A stretch of DNA of 64,000 nucleotides from Rotaria socialis (Eukaryota), in assembly GCA_905331295.1 (NCBI GenBank), contig CAJNYD010000011.1, positions 243,114-307,113 of the forward strand, read 5' to 3'. Both the position numbers and the translations under genes were made by a program. Shown one piece after another: positions 38,121 through 51,442 of the stretch. How positions within the stretch are numbered: position 1 is the first letter of the stretch; every line of letters begins with the position of its first letter. The notes beneath the pieces were generated by a model. That model did not search any database, was not told the DNA's origin, and worked only from the letters and a program-made list of their open reading frames with translations.

Positions 38121-39884
38121 ATGGCTTTATGTAGAACAATGAATTCTAATTTAAATGATGAACCAGCTCAACATGATATTCAGCCATCTCTTGACGAAAT
38201 TCTTAGCATGTATCTTACGACTCTAAACACAACTCGCAATATTAACGCTATCAATCATATTCAAACAAATGAAAGCATAGCTAGAAGTTTTAGTACCGAC
38301 GGTTTTATTTCAAAATCAAATGCTACTACACGATTTATTCAACAATCTAATACAAAAGTTCAATTCGAACAATCAGCACCAGTAGTTACTCAAGAAGAAC
38401 TATGCTCAACAATCATTTCGAATGAATCAGATCTTGTACATGCTACTAATGAACATCATCAACGGCATTATTCAACGAAAAAACCTTATAGATATTGTCC
38501 AAAGAAGAATATTTTAAGTTCGCCACCAATGGGCTATAAACCGATTTGTGTGCAATTACTTGCAAGACATGGCAGTCGAACTTTTATTAACAGTCATGAT
38601 TATGATCGACAGACATTACAAATCTGGCAAGTAGCCAAAGAAAAAAATATGCTGACACCATTAGGTGAACAACTGAAAGAAGATATAGAATGGTTCATGC
38701 ATGAAAACGTTCGTGTGGGGTGAGTTTCGACAAGGCTGTCTGATTAATTATAGATTTGATTCATGTTTATTAGATCGGGAGAGTTGACTCAAGTGGGTAA
38801 AGAAGAACATTTCGGTCTTGGAAATCGTTTGTTTAATCGTTTAAAGCCTTTGTTTACTTCGTCAAATACTGTTTCTGTGATAACAAGTGGAGTGAAACGT
38901 GCCGTCGATAGTGCTCGAGAATTTCTTAACGGTTTAACAGTACATGAATGTAATATTCAAATATCAAATGAAAAACCAAGCAAAAGTTTGCTTCATTTTC
39001 ACAAATTATGTACAAACTATGTGACATTTAAAAAACAAAATCCTGATATCAAAACAAAAGTAAATACAATTAAATATTCAGAACAAACCAAAACATATGC
39101 ACGGCAAGTCTTGAGAAAAATTTATAAAAAGGAATTTATTGAACAATTAATTAATGGAAAATATCAAATTAATTCTGATGAAAATCTCGATCCCATGGAA
39201 ACCAATAGGCCGACCAATGAAGTGGATATTGTTTTATGGCTTTATGCTATGTTTTCTGTTGCACCAGCTCAAGTCCACTCCTATTTAGCTGCAATGTTAG
39301 CGAAATATTTTAATCAAGACGAATCGATGTGGTTTGCTTATATCAATGATGCAGAAGTATTCTATTTTGTTCTTGAATATCTAAGATTTATTTTATCTGG
39401 TATCGTTAATCATTCGTATTTGCATTTATAGGAATTCTACGAGAAAGGCCCATCTATCGAAGGGACAACAGTAACATATGACATGGCAAAACCACTGCTA
39501 ACGCATTTTTTCACTTCAATTAACGCATGTATAGAAGCAACCAGCAATGTTACTGCACATCTGCGTTTTGCTCACGCTGAAACAATTATTCCGTTTGCAA
39601 CACTTCTACAAATTCCTAATTTTTCGGACAAAGCAGTACATCATTCCGATGTTTACACCTACGATAACAACCGATGGAGGGGTGATAAAATTGCGCCGAT
39701 GGCTGCTAATATTCAATGGGAAATCTATCAACATGAAGATAATAATGAACTAATGTTAGTACGAATGCTATATAATGAAATGGAAGTCAGATTTAAACAA
39801 GATTGTAAGCCAGTGACACATGACTCTTTTTTCTATGATTTTAATGAATTAAAACGTTCATATGCAAATCATCTGTCACAATAA
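38121..39884 (+). CDS. Histidine acid phosphatase clade 2, HAE-type (MINPP/phytase-like), 3 exons
   Basis: Exons 38121-38719, 38774-39356, 39432-39884; RHGSR, GELTQVG, SGVKRAVDSA, FYEKGPS, RFAHAETIIP, WRGDKIAPMAANIQW. Confidence 0.9.
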
Positions 39885-40976
39885 GTTTTCGAAATGAATT
39901 GAGTTCATACGAGAAAATTTGAATGCTTTTTGAAATCTTTTCCTTCTGTTGATAATTGCTGTACATTATTTTAGAAGTTGATTTTGTTCTAGTTATGAAC
40001 TAATACGTTTGCTTCTTTCAGTTAGTTTTCTATCAACATTCAACTGTTTCGCTCGTGATCTGAAAATAATGAATTTTACGTGAATTTTTCAGTTTTGAAC
40101 TATATCTTTGTCATGAAAATAGTTAAATTGAACTAAAAATATTTGTTCAAACGACAACATTATGTTTTCTTCCTAATAAATTCGATAATGAATGTTGGTT
40201 ACTGGTGAATATTTATCATTTTATTTCAAATATATTGTGAGTTCATAAACAAATTTTATACTAAATAAAATACTTATCAACCTATGAAAAACTTGCAAAC
40301 CTAAAATTATTCGAAGCTGAGTTAAAGATCAACCGGTGTATTTTCATGATAATAAGAAAGTGAGTCCTATAAAAAAAAACACGTGACTGATCGATTAATC
40401 TTTGTTATAAGCTTCAATAAAAAGTGTTATATGTTACTCGAAACATATCATTGTTCTTGATACGGCTCATATATACAGAGTATTAAGTTTTGCTTTTTTT
40501 GTACACATAGAGCTCTAAAAGCGAATACAAAATCTTGGTCGAAAATTCGCAAATTTATGACTAGATTGATTTTTGTAAATTTTTTATTATTATTAATTTG
40601 ACCGAATGTTTCACTTATGCCAGAAAAATGTTTTTCATCATCTTCATACTAATCGCTCAATTGAACTCTTTCAAAATAACGCACACGTACTCCTGCAGGG
40701 CTGCGAAGTATAATATGAATTGTATTTTTCTATTGATAAAAAAAATCTGTCAGTTGAATTTACTGGCATAGTTGACTTTATACTATTCAGTATAAAATGT
40801 TATTATTCATATTCGATCATTTTCTCTATTTGCATGTGCACTCGATCAAGTTTGTTTTTATCGTTTACTGCAACGAAACATAAAATAATACGAACAGGTA
40901 CTCGAAAGATAGTGCAGAAGAAGAAAACAAACGAACGGCAGTTCTTTAATATTGAACTATTCATTTTGCAAAAAAA

Positions 40977-41989
40977 ATGTTTTCCAAAGTGCTATTATCA
41001 TTGATTTTTATTAGTCGATGTCAAGCATTTTTCAAAAACTCTCCACTTCGATTGAATACAATAACTAATCGTCGCAATCTAACATGCGCATCCGATTTTG
41101 GTAATTCCGATCTATTCACTGATTGTGATTATTGCGTCTATGAATTTTTCAATAACGGTGCTAATTCATTCATATATCATGATTGCATTTACATAACGAA
41201 TTCTTATCGTCTTGTAACGCAACGTTGCACAGGGTTCACTGAAACAAGCGATATTGGCTATGGTCTTTGTTCTAAATTATCCTTTGAATATCATGATATT
41301 GATTTGTTGTGCATATGTGCAGCGGATCTTTGTAATCAGAACTTTACAACATGCAAACAATCGGTTGATACAAGTCCGAATTTACCATCGCTGCCTTCAC
41401 CTGTACCATCACTTACCGTTGAATCATCAGCCATCAAATGTCAAGATACACCTGTTGGAGTTTTAAATTCTACGTATTATTGCATACGAGATTCAACGCC
41501 TTTTATAAATATGGTCCAATGTGAAGAGTATGTTCTGAATCATACTGTAATGTGCATGTATTCAGAAAGTGATAATGGAAATTATTTAACGCTCGTCGCA
41601 TTACCCGACGAAGATTATGAATATGTATTAGTTGGTCAAATACAACAAATGCAAAGGCAAGCAGCACAATCGAATTATAAACAATATTATAACGAGACAG
41701 ATAATTCATTTTATATCAATGGAGAAGAAACATTTGTAAATTCGATTAATTATACTATTATCTATAATAAATGTTATTGTCGAACAACTGATTGTAATGC
41801 TAATTTATCAACTTGTCTGCAAATTTCTGTGACAAACAATAACCAAACTAGAAGTATGAAATTTTGATGACGACATATTGAGTTTATTTTCATTTATTTT
41901 TTCTTATAGATACGAATAATGTATTGGTGATTACGATTTCGATGGGTTTTATCATAGTAACGAAATTTTTAAAAATAATTCTGTGCTAA
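40977..41989 (+). CDS. Secreted Cys-rich two-domain protein, probably GPI-anchored (Ly6/three-finger-like)
   Basis: Signal peptide; two modules ending CICAADLCN and CYCRTTDCN; exon 2 (41910-41989) gives hydrophobic tail NNVLVITISMGFIIVTKFLKIILC*. Confidence 0.72.
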
Positions 41990-42880
41990 TGAAAATATAT
42001 CTGTTTCTTTTTGAATAAAATTGAAGAAAAAAAAGCATGGAGTTTGTCGCGATAAGACTAATTGCCGATCTTATTTTTGTAACCATCCGAGTCGATAATG
42101 CTCCTTATGGCGATAGTTTAGAAAGTTGCAAAGAAAAATATCGATTAGTTACCATTTAGAAGTTCTGAATTTTCTGAGTTCTCTTGTTTGCATCAAAGCA
42201 ATTAATCTCACATAGCGGACGATCGAGATCATCAGAAAAATACCAACATGTAAACGCACATCAAAAACAAAGTACATAACTTATTGTATAAGATTCTGCT
42301 TTTGCTCGTGATCAATGCTTGATTTTTTTCTTGAATGATTTTCTTTTTCACTTGAATCCATCATCAGCCCAATTTGGTGTTTTGAAATTTCGTCCTCACC
42401 CAGGTTTTTCATGGTAGATATTTTCTTTATCAGAAGGGAAATCCTACAGGTAATCCAACAGGTTTTCTTATCCAGGAGTAGCTAATTGTAAAAGTTCCAT
42501 ATTCCATATTTCTGCCAATCTTAAGGTATCACTAAAGTTCAAAAAGACTTTATTTTACATAATCGAAACGCCCATACTTGCTACAAAGCAAAGCTGCTAC
42601 ATGATGCTTATATTTTCGATTTTTACGAAACTTATAAATTGAACAATGAACGGTTTTCAGTCATAATATTTATACAATAATAGAAAATGTATTCTCACTA
42701 TTCTGATCAGTAAAACTTTGCATAGGATAACCTAAAACTTTTGCTACTTCTATCCACATGAATATAATTAATGTGTGTTCTTACATAGACTACGAAAAAA
42801 ATATCTCCAATTATTTTGCGTATTTGCTAATGATAAATATTCAATAGAAACAAGTATGGGTATGATCGTTATGTTTCATA

Positions 42881-42981
42881 CCCTAATCCACTCTCCCCCG
42901 ACGACTCCTTGGGGAGTCCCCACAAAATAACGAAATCCCTAGGGACTCCCTGGGGATTCTTCTAGGGAGAGTTGACTAGGG
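42881..42981. mobile_element. 101-bp MITE with ccc...ggg termini
   Basis: TIR ccctaatccactctccc / gggagagttgactaggg; ata on both flanks; internal gactccc/ggggagtc motifs. Confidence 0.7.
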
Positions 42982-42984
42982 ATA

Positions 42985-43517
42985 GGTCCACGAGAAATTT
43001 ATTTTATCCCGTTTTACTTTTCTATATATAAGTTGCAAACCCACACCTTTCTTTTACTCCCTTTAGTTCTTTTACTCCCTTTACTCTCTATTAAGAGGGA
43101 TGTATGTTCGAAAGATAGCAAATTTCTTCAGATGTAAACAGTGTGCGACATGAACAAGCGAATTCGTGGCTAAAATATTGCTTGAATATACTGTATTATT
43201 CTTTTCCGAAGAAGGTTGTAAATTTTATTTTCTATCTTTATCTCATCATTTTAATTGTAAACGTTTTAATTTTAATCCTGAGTCAACCATTTGAACTTGA
43301 AAATGATAATCATAAACTATGATTTCTTTTTTCATTATCAGAAGTTATTTGCCTATAGCACTACTGTTGCAGACGTCAAGGTTGTAAAAGGACTAAACGG
43401 AGTAAATGAGCTAAAGAGACTAAAAAGAGTAAAAGGATTGAAATGAGTAAAGGGAGTTCAATATATATATAAATATATAGTTTAGTAAAACGGGATAAAA
43501 TAAATTTCTCGTGGACC
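42985..43517. mobile_element. TIR element with subterminal 9-bp tandem repeats
   Basis: Perfect ~33-bp IR ggtccacgagaaatttattttatcccgttttact / agtaaaacgggataaaataaatttctcgtggacc; 9-nt units (ttttactcc / ggagtaaa) in opposite orientation near each end. Confidence 0.8.
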
Positions 43518-46109
43518 CCTCTTGTGTTTGCTATCAGACGACGTCTAGATTGAAACGACTTCTTTCATCAATTGTAGAACTTAAGTAGATTTTACAAATT
43601 TCAAGAGCAGCCAAAAATAAAAGTGCGCGAGACTGAAATATTTATTCAAGAGATTCAGAGTGATCCTGAGATATGCCCTCATCGTTTGTAATGAACTATT
43701 ATCAGTGCCAAGAATAAAAACGTTTACAGCTTTCAGTGAATTCATACAAAGCTAAGAAGTCGATAATCTAAATAGGCAATGTTTTTGAAAGTAGAACTAA
43801 TTAATTTATAAGCACACAAGGTTTTTCAATCTCATTGATTTGACGAAGGCTTCTGAAATAAGATCGTATAATTGCCTTATCTAATTGTAACACTGATGAT
43901 CTATTCAAAGGATCTTGTTTTGAGTTGCCTTAAGCACGTCTATCTACAATGTATCTTTAATTGAAGACAGTTTACCAGTCTGGATTGAGCAGTCACATTC
44001 TCGGTTGACAATCATGTCTTATTCAACGCATGTAGTTTTGTTTGTACTTTTCCAACTAAAAATACCACACACAAAGAATCTTTATTAGTTACAATTCGAT
44101 GCATTCAGTCAGCCTAAAAAATAGACTTGATGCCTTTTTTTCAAAAAACCAAATCAATTAATGTTTCAAAGAACAGCAGATGTGGGAAAAGAAAAAGTTT
44201 CGAATCACTAACATTACATTAATTATATCCTGAAAGCACTTACTGATAAAAATGCTTTTATCTTGCTAGATTATAATTTAGTATAATCATTCAAAGCCAA
44301 ACATATTTTATAAATAAAATACTCTTTATATGATGTTAGACATTGAATCAAATTGATAAACTTAATTAATGAAACGATCTCAATATGTCTTAATTCAATT
44401 GCATAACTAAGCTGAAAGATTTCTAACCATTAATAAATATTATCAAGGAACTGGATAATCCGATGAATTTTTCTATGCATGTTTCAGATGTAATGAATTG
44501 TTTTTCAAAAATGAAAATAAGTGCATTGCGTCATTTGAAAATAATATTACTTCAATACTAAAAATAATTTTAATCGTACTAATTGTTTTAGTATGAAAAA
44601 CTTGCTAGGAAATACTAGCCAAAATTCTCACCTCAACAAATAAAATATCTAATTTAACAATCATTGCTCAAAAGTATTTACTCAACCTGTTGCCCATTCT
44701 AATTTTAATTTATAAATGCTTCTTTTCTTGGAAAGAGTATATTTAGAGGGTCTATTCTCATCACGGAAAGTGAAATTCGCCAAGAGCAAAATGGCAATAC
44801 AATTTGAATATGGAACTCAATTGTCGCAACGGCGTGACTCATTCAACGAGTGATACAATGAATATACTCATCAGTTGAAATTTTCTCTCCAGTGGACTCT
44901 TTAGTACCATTGTAATCATTCTCGGTCATCGTTTTATATGAGTTTCTCACATGAAAAAGTACTTTTTTCTAAGTATTTTTAGGCTTTAATGTTTTAAGAT
45001 ACTTTTAAGTGTTCTACATCTTAAATACTCCAGCGTGCATGGCAATTGTTTTAATCAAGAAAAAAAGATTTTCCCCCTTAAGTCTATGTAGACAGTCACT
45101 CCTATCATTTTTGAAGAATGGGAAAGAAAATATGATCACGTGTTTGTTAATATGATATTTGCTTTGCATTTTGTTTTCAAATATCGTATTTAATAAGTAA
45201 CTTCACGCCACCTTGACGAAAAATAAAACAAAGTTTTGCATCGAAAAGATGCCTTATATTTCTATGTATAATAAGAAGCATTTGATTTGTATGATATAGT
45301 CCGGTATTATTTTTTACAATTTGTATTTTCCCATCAAACATGCTTCTTTCTTTCTTTTCTTCTTGCCACCATCTGATTCAGTCGACCCAGTAAAGGTTTT
45401 TTCCCACACCTATTAAATAGCAATTTTACAGATTCTAAATGAATTATTTAAAGATTAGTTTCATACGACGATGAGTAAATTAGGTAGAACAGCGAATAAA
45501 TTTGTTACATCGATGGTCGTATATTTATTACTAATTTAAAAGTTGTTTGTAAGAAAATCAAAATCTACTAATATACAGAAAACATAATAGCCCAGTTATT
45601 TTCTCGTAGTAATAACATACTTAAATTTGTTTTACTGATCAAACGCAGTTTTATTATTCATAGAGTCCATTCGCCGAAAAATGTCTTCAACGTATGTTTT
45701 TACAAATTTGCCACGCTGGACTATTTTCTTCGTTGGAAGTACCAAGTACCTTTCATTTTTCCTAATGTTAGTTTTACATTATTTGGCAATTGTGATGACA
45801 TCATCCTTTTCTTTTTACATTATTCGGAATATTCCAAGTAACTACTTCTTTTGCTATAGAGAAAAGGCGAGTAACGATTACAGAGAGACACAGACAGTCA
45901 ACAACGTTTCGCCGAAAGACACCTTTTTCTTTCCTTTCACATACATTTACATGCTACGCTTGTGTATTGTCGACAGACATAAGAAAATTTTTGACACATT
46001 ACTACTCTTTTTGGCTTCAAATTATTGAATTCGATCGGCAAATTCAAGTAAAGAGTGAACAGATACTTCTTAATTATTAATTTATTGTACTAAATTAATT
46101 GCAACTGTT

Positions 46110-46694
46110 ATGATGTTCAATGAAGCCGACGAAAATTATGACCCAGTTCTTATTGAAAGTATTATTGACTTCGACCCTAATACAATGTGTATTGAACAAG
46201 AGCCAAGTGATATTATTAATACGTTGAGCGGATGGTTATCTGATAGTATATCATCGCACATAGACATAGACTCAATTGATAGTTTTTCAGATCACTCCGA
46301 AATATTTTCATTCGAAATTCCCCTAAATAGAAAAGAATGGCTTGTTGAAGATTTAGCATCAAAGCGTCAACGGTCTCCACGTCTATTCGAATTTCTTATT
46401 CTTCTCCTCGGTAAACCACAATACAAACCCTTTGCATCATTCATAGACAAACCCAAAGGTATATTTCAAATTTATCAGCCGGAAAAAGTTGCTGAACTAT
46501 GGCAAGCAGTCAAGAGTCGACAATCAAATCAACGAATGACTTACGATAAATTCGCAAGAGCCATCAGATGGTACTATAAATCAAATATTATGCAAAAAAC
46601 AAATACTCGTTATACATTTCAATTTTCGTCGAAAACATTAAAAAATTATTTCGTGGATGAAAATAATAACACCAAACTGAGTCTTCATTCATAA
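46110..46694 (+). CDS. ETS-domain transcription factor (intronless)
   Basis: RLFEFLILLL...FIDKPKGIFQI...KVAELW...MTYDKFARAIRWYY...RYTFQF; acidic N-terminus. Confidence 0.9.
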   Translation: MMFNEADENYDPVLIESIIDFDPNTMCIEQEPSDIINTLSGWLSDSISSHIDIDSIDSFSDHSEIFSFEIPLNRKEWLVEDLASKRQRSPRLFEFLILLLGKPQYKPFASFIDKPKGIFQIYQPEKVAELWQAVKSRQSNQRMTYDKFARAIRWYYKSNIMQKTNTRYTFQFSSKTLKNYFVDENNNTKLSLHS

Positions 46695-49600
46695 GTCATT
46701 CGAAAAAAAATCGACTGAACCCAGTATTTTGTATTGTATTAGATAATTTATGGAATTAGTAGAAATTCACTTCAATGGACAAATTTAATTGCATCACGGT
46801 TCAGATAATAGTAACTAATCTGAGCACATGTGATATTGTATTTTTACGATGTTCCTGTAGTTTTATTGTTGCACATAAAATATTTCGAATTTTCATACTA
46901 CTTGTTTTATGCACTATATAGTTGCATTAAAATAAGAATTTATATTTTCAAAATAATAACATCATGTCAACATTTGCTATTAGTATTATTTTTTTTATAC
47001 AATTTCATGTATTATATTCTGTATTGCCTTTTGTTTAAGTGGAAATAATTGTATAGCTCTTTTTTATATTGAATGCAATGTCTAAAAATTAAATAGTTAC
47101 CTCAGAACCGAAATATGTCTCATGAATATTTAAAAGTGATACTTAGAAAAGATATCATTTTTCTACTTGTACTATCTTAGAATCATAAATCGCACTTAAA
47201 TTTTATTTCTAGCATTTTAAGATAAGAAAATTCTCTCATGTGCAAATATAACCGATGTGCAAAGATCACCGAATTGTTTTTATTTTGAATTATTCAGGGA
47301 CGTTAGTAAACATTTTCAAGAATAAAAATATTAGATTCTACATAAAAATCGTTTTGGAACACATTGATGAGTTGATTTGATTTTGCAAAAGTTTTTATTG
47401 GCTTCAATCCATTTGAAAAATATTTACTTGTTCTGTCAACTCATAGCGGGGGGTAAAATGGCCCAAGGCACGCAATAATATTCCGAGAAATAGGATGGAT
47501 AATTGAGTCCTTGAATGAAAGTTGGTTTTGCTTAAGAAATTAAATGATTTCTTAGAACATTACTGATACTTTCATAGTAGCGTTTAGTATTAAATAATTA
47601 CAAATATAAACAGAAACAAGCTCATTTTCTAGTACAAGATTTTAACCGGTAAAAAGAAATAGTATTAAAAGTTTAAGAAAACTAAATATTGCTTACATGA
47701 AATATATATGGTATAGTTTTTCAAATTCTTATTATACACATATTGGATCTCTGCTAAGAATAAGTTATCTGAAAATGCTCTCAATATTTTCAGGTTTTTC
47801 GACTTGTTTAGCAAAAATGAAAAATAAAATTTCTTTCTATTATCATTTTCTGATAGTTTTTACTTCGTATTTAATTTTTTCTAGACAGACTAGCAATTTA
47901 TATTATCAATTTCAATGTTGAAAACGTTTTTCCTATGTATCATTGACAGTTCTCAATCATGTCCGTATGAAATTTTTCTGTCGTACCATTTTCTTGACAC
48001 ACAAACAAACATTCGTACCACCCTGGGAAAGTCAAATGATTATTTTTACGCACAGATCGCCGAATGAAACCAATACAGGAAACTATTTTTTTGTAGAATG
48101 GCACACCAGTCTCGTAGAAAAACAGAAGAAATGCGCAATAGATACAGTAGTGAAAGTGGAAGTTTTTTTTTATCACAATGCAACTCAAGAACAACAAAAA
48201 TCACAGTACATGGTTGTTCACAGCTTTTCAGCGCCTGCTTTTTTTCTTTCTATTTGGGCGATTTTCGTAGGATTTTTTCATTCTCTCGTGTAATCATCCA
48301 GGTATAAACTAACCATGTGATGCTGGTAGCTGGTGTTTTATTATGATGCGCTTTTGTTTTTTTGTTGTTTCTTAAGAGCTTTTTTTCGTTACGATTATTT
48401 CAAAGAAAAACGTTCGCTGTCGTAAGGTCAAACATAGAAAATAATTTTGTTTTTATGAAAATGAACTGAGCATGGTTTCTCCATATTTACTTTTAGTATC
48501 GTTGAGTGAAAACTTGTCAAAGCAAAAGAAAATCGAATTGCAAAAAAGTAAAACATGACATAAAAGGATTGCTATCTGTCGAAAAAAAATAAGACATTCT
48601 TGATCGAAATATTATATTGCCTCAGTTGTTGACATCCACGCATAAAAAGTAAAAATTATCATCGAATATGTTCGGATATTTCAACTATGCAGAGCCCATC
48701 TGTTGTAGAAAGAATAAACTTAGATAAGTTATCAACTAACTAAAAACGACGTATTCGCCTCAACGTCGATACACTAAACTAGACGTTGTTTTTTTTTTAA
48801 TTCTTATCTTATAAGGTTATCTTCGAAAACTAAATGGTCACGGATTTCGCTTCATATATCGCGCATTACTTGTCTTTTATAACCGAATATACTATTTTTC
48901 GAAATAATCAGTTATTTACTCTACGCAAATTTTTCTGAAGAATTAAAAGAGCTTAACTGAATACATGAGGAATGATTCTGTTAGAAAATAAAACGCACAC
49001 TGCAGCAATCTTATAAGTAGAGGCAAGGAAATTTTCATGAAATATTCAATAGGCTTCATTCCGCTCCAATAGAAAAACAACTAGACGTTAAGTAAATAGT
49101 CTAGAATATTCTAATGTAAATCATAGCTTTCATATTTCATAGATTTACAATATTTTTCAGAGTTGAATCATCGAAACTAGCCATGCCACATGGATTTCGG
49201 CGATTCAAGCTTCTCCAAAATACTTGGCAGTATATAACCTTTCGATTAGCTCCTTGTCCGTTTTCTGGAAATCGATCTCACCAGTAGCATTTGAAAGTAG
49301 CAGACAGTTTTTACTTCGATAAGATTTTTTTCAGAATGTGAATCGCGTTCAAAGTGAAAACTATTGGATATAAGCAACTCTGATTGATAGAAAATCGAAT
49401 TCTTACTGATACGATCGTAATTTGAGTGAATAAAAGAGATCTACGTAGACTTTTTAGATTTGATCGAAATTTAATTATGATCAAAGGAAGAAATATGGTG
49501 GTCTAAACAGCAAGACATGTATACATTCATGAATCGAGACCAAGTTTACTAAAAACTTAAGGGCGAATATAAAAGTTAAACTCTTTTGATGATAAAAATT

Positions 49601-50005
49601 GAATACTTTTTTGTCTGTGTTTTGAGAATTCATTGAAGTGAAATTTTGCTAGCAGTACATACACAAAACGAAAGATTCATAGAACATCAAATGTGTCGCT
49701 AAGGGCTTTGCTCGTACCGATAAGAAAGGTGCTATTTATAGTAAAAATGTATATAACTTCAATGTGCTATAAGAGATAAGTCTTCAGTTATAGCATTGTT
49801 TGATATTCTAGTGTTTTAAAATGGATCAATGATTACTATTACAATATAATAACGTAATGAATTATTCGTTTTAATTAAAATTAAAACATAAATGTAATGT
49901 TATGGGATAAGTTACCAGCCAAACAAAAATGTTTTTTTTGCGTGACTTTTGTCTAGATAATAATAAAATGTCATCACATATTCATACAGAAAAATAAGAC
50001 TTCCC

Positions 50006-50420
50006 TTGTTGTGTACTCAAAAAGTGAGTACACTCTAGATTCGGTCAGTGTGTTCTGCCGTTAACACGATAACTCTTGAAAGCCCGATCCAATTGCCTTG
50101 AAATTTTGTGTACAGAATGACCTCATCAATATCTCACATGAGTTCGAAGATGAGAAGGATGCGTCAAGAAATGGCTGAGTTATCGAAAAAATTGTCATTA
50201 TTGGCCAAACCATCCCTAAGGGGGGAGAGAGGGTACAGGGATTTTTCAAATTTTTTTTTTGCTCAGTATTATTCAAAACATATATAAATTGACTCAGTTT
50301 TTGCAGTACACGTAACAGTCGGATGGGAATCCGATGTTTCCTTATTTTTTTTTCATTATATTGAAAAAATCTCGAATTCAATATTTTCTTTGAGCAAAAT
50401 TATTACAATTCTAACTTTTT
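50006..50420 (+). mobile_element. Interspersed repeat fragment, possibly Helentron-associated (HINE/DINE-1-like)
   Basis: Starts ttgttgtgtactc with hairpin gtgtactc-aaaaagt-gagtacac, followed by aacacgataactc...gaaattttg; higher GC than flanks; right end unresolved. Confidence 0.4.
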
Positions 50421-51442
50421 TTCAAATAGGATAAACGTATGTTTAATTATGTATTCTATCTCGTAGGTCTCGTTGCTCTGCTTTATATTTTTAGCGTCTA
50501 TTTATTCGATAAAACTAATATGTGAACAGCAGTAATTACAAACTCATTGATATTCATACAACAAATAATGTGTCACTCTTCCTCTGATCACTGCGTTCTT
50601 TCATTCTTGAATTGCCAAAAACTCATCAATACTCGTCGCAGGATTCAGAAACTATTTTTAAATAAAACTTCATAAAATCGTTATGTTTTAAATCCTGATT
50701 ACGATCAATTATCTATTAAATTAAAAAAGAAGATCTAATCAGAGAGTAAAACACATGCTTGAAACAATCCTATTTAACTATGAGAAGTCCTGTAAACAAA
50801 TACTTGTATCTATATAATACTTTAGTAGGTCGTTTTACATCTGTTGAAGGAATAAACAGAATTGAGATAACAATAGCTTTTCTGTCATAGTTATTAGGTA
50901 TCGACAACTGCTACGTCATCCACTGGAAATCTGCATTTAATTGATGTGTCACTTATAAATAGATTTCAAGATTTACGCAGAATGAACGTATTTAATGATG
51001 CCAAGCGCACTTACTGATATTACATGTCTGAAAATTACAACACACAATTCTATGCGATGTTTGCCAACTCTCATTTGTCGAGTTGAGATTTGAAGATAAA
51101 TTGCGAGAGTAAATTACAGTGAAACTTAAATTAATTTGAATGAAAATTATTAGTAACTATACGATCGATGACTGTCGAACGCTTCAGGTTAAACTTGCTA
51201 ACAATTTCTAGTCAAATTCGGATAACCTGTTTTTAATAGACTTTCTTGATGCCGTAAAGAGCTTACCGATGATGATCATTTCGGAACACTAGACTTAGCT
51301 GACTATGCAACACTAAGTCATAAAATATTTCTTTTTATTTCGTAAAACAAATAAAATGAGTTTCAATACACTTTTATTGTACACATTTACAACATTGAAC
51401 ACCGAGAAAAATCTAATTTTGTATATTCTCAACTTAATTAAA

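Noticed and set aside
47940..48307. Three overlapping ORFs
   Set aside because: No domain or consistent splice structure; possibly a repeat remnant but unsupported
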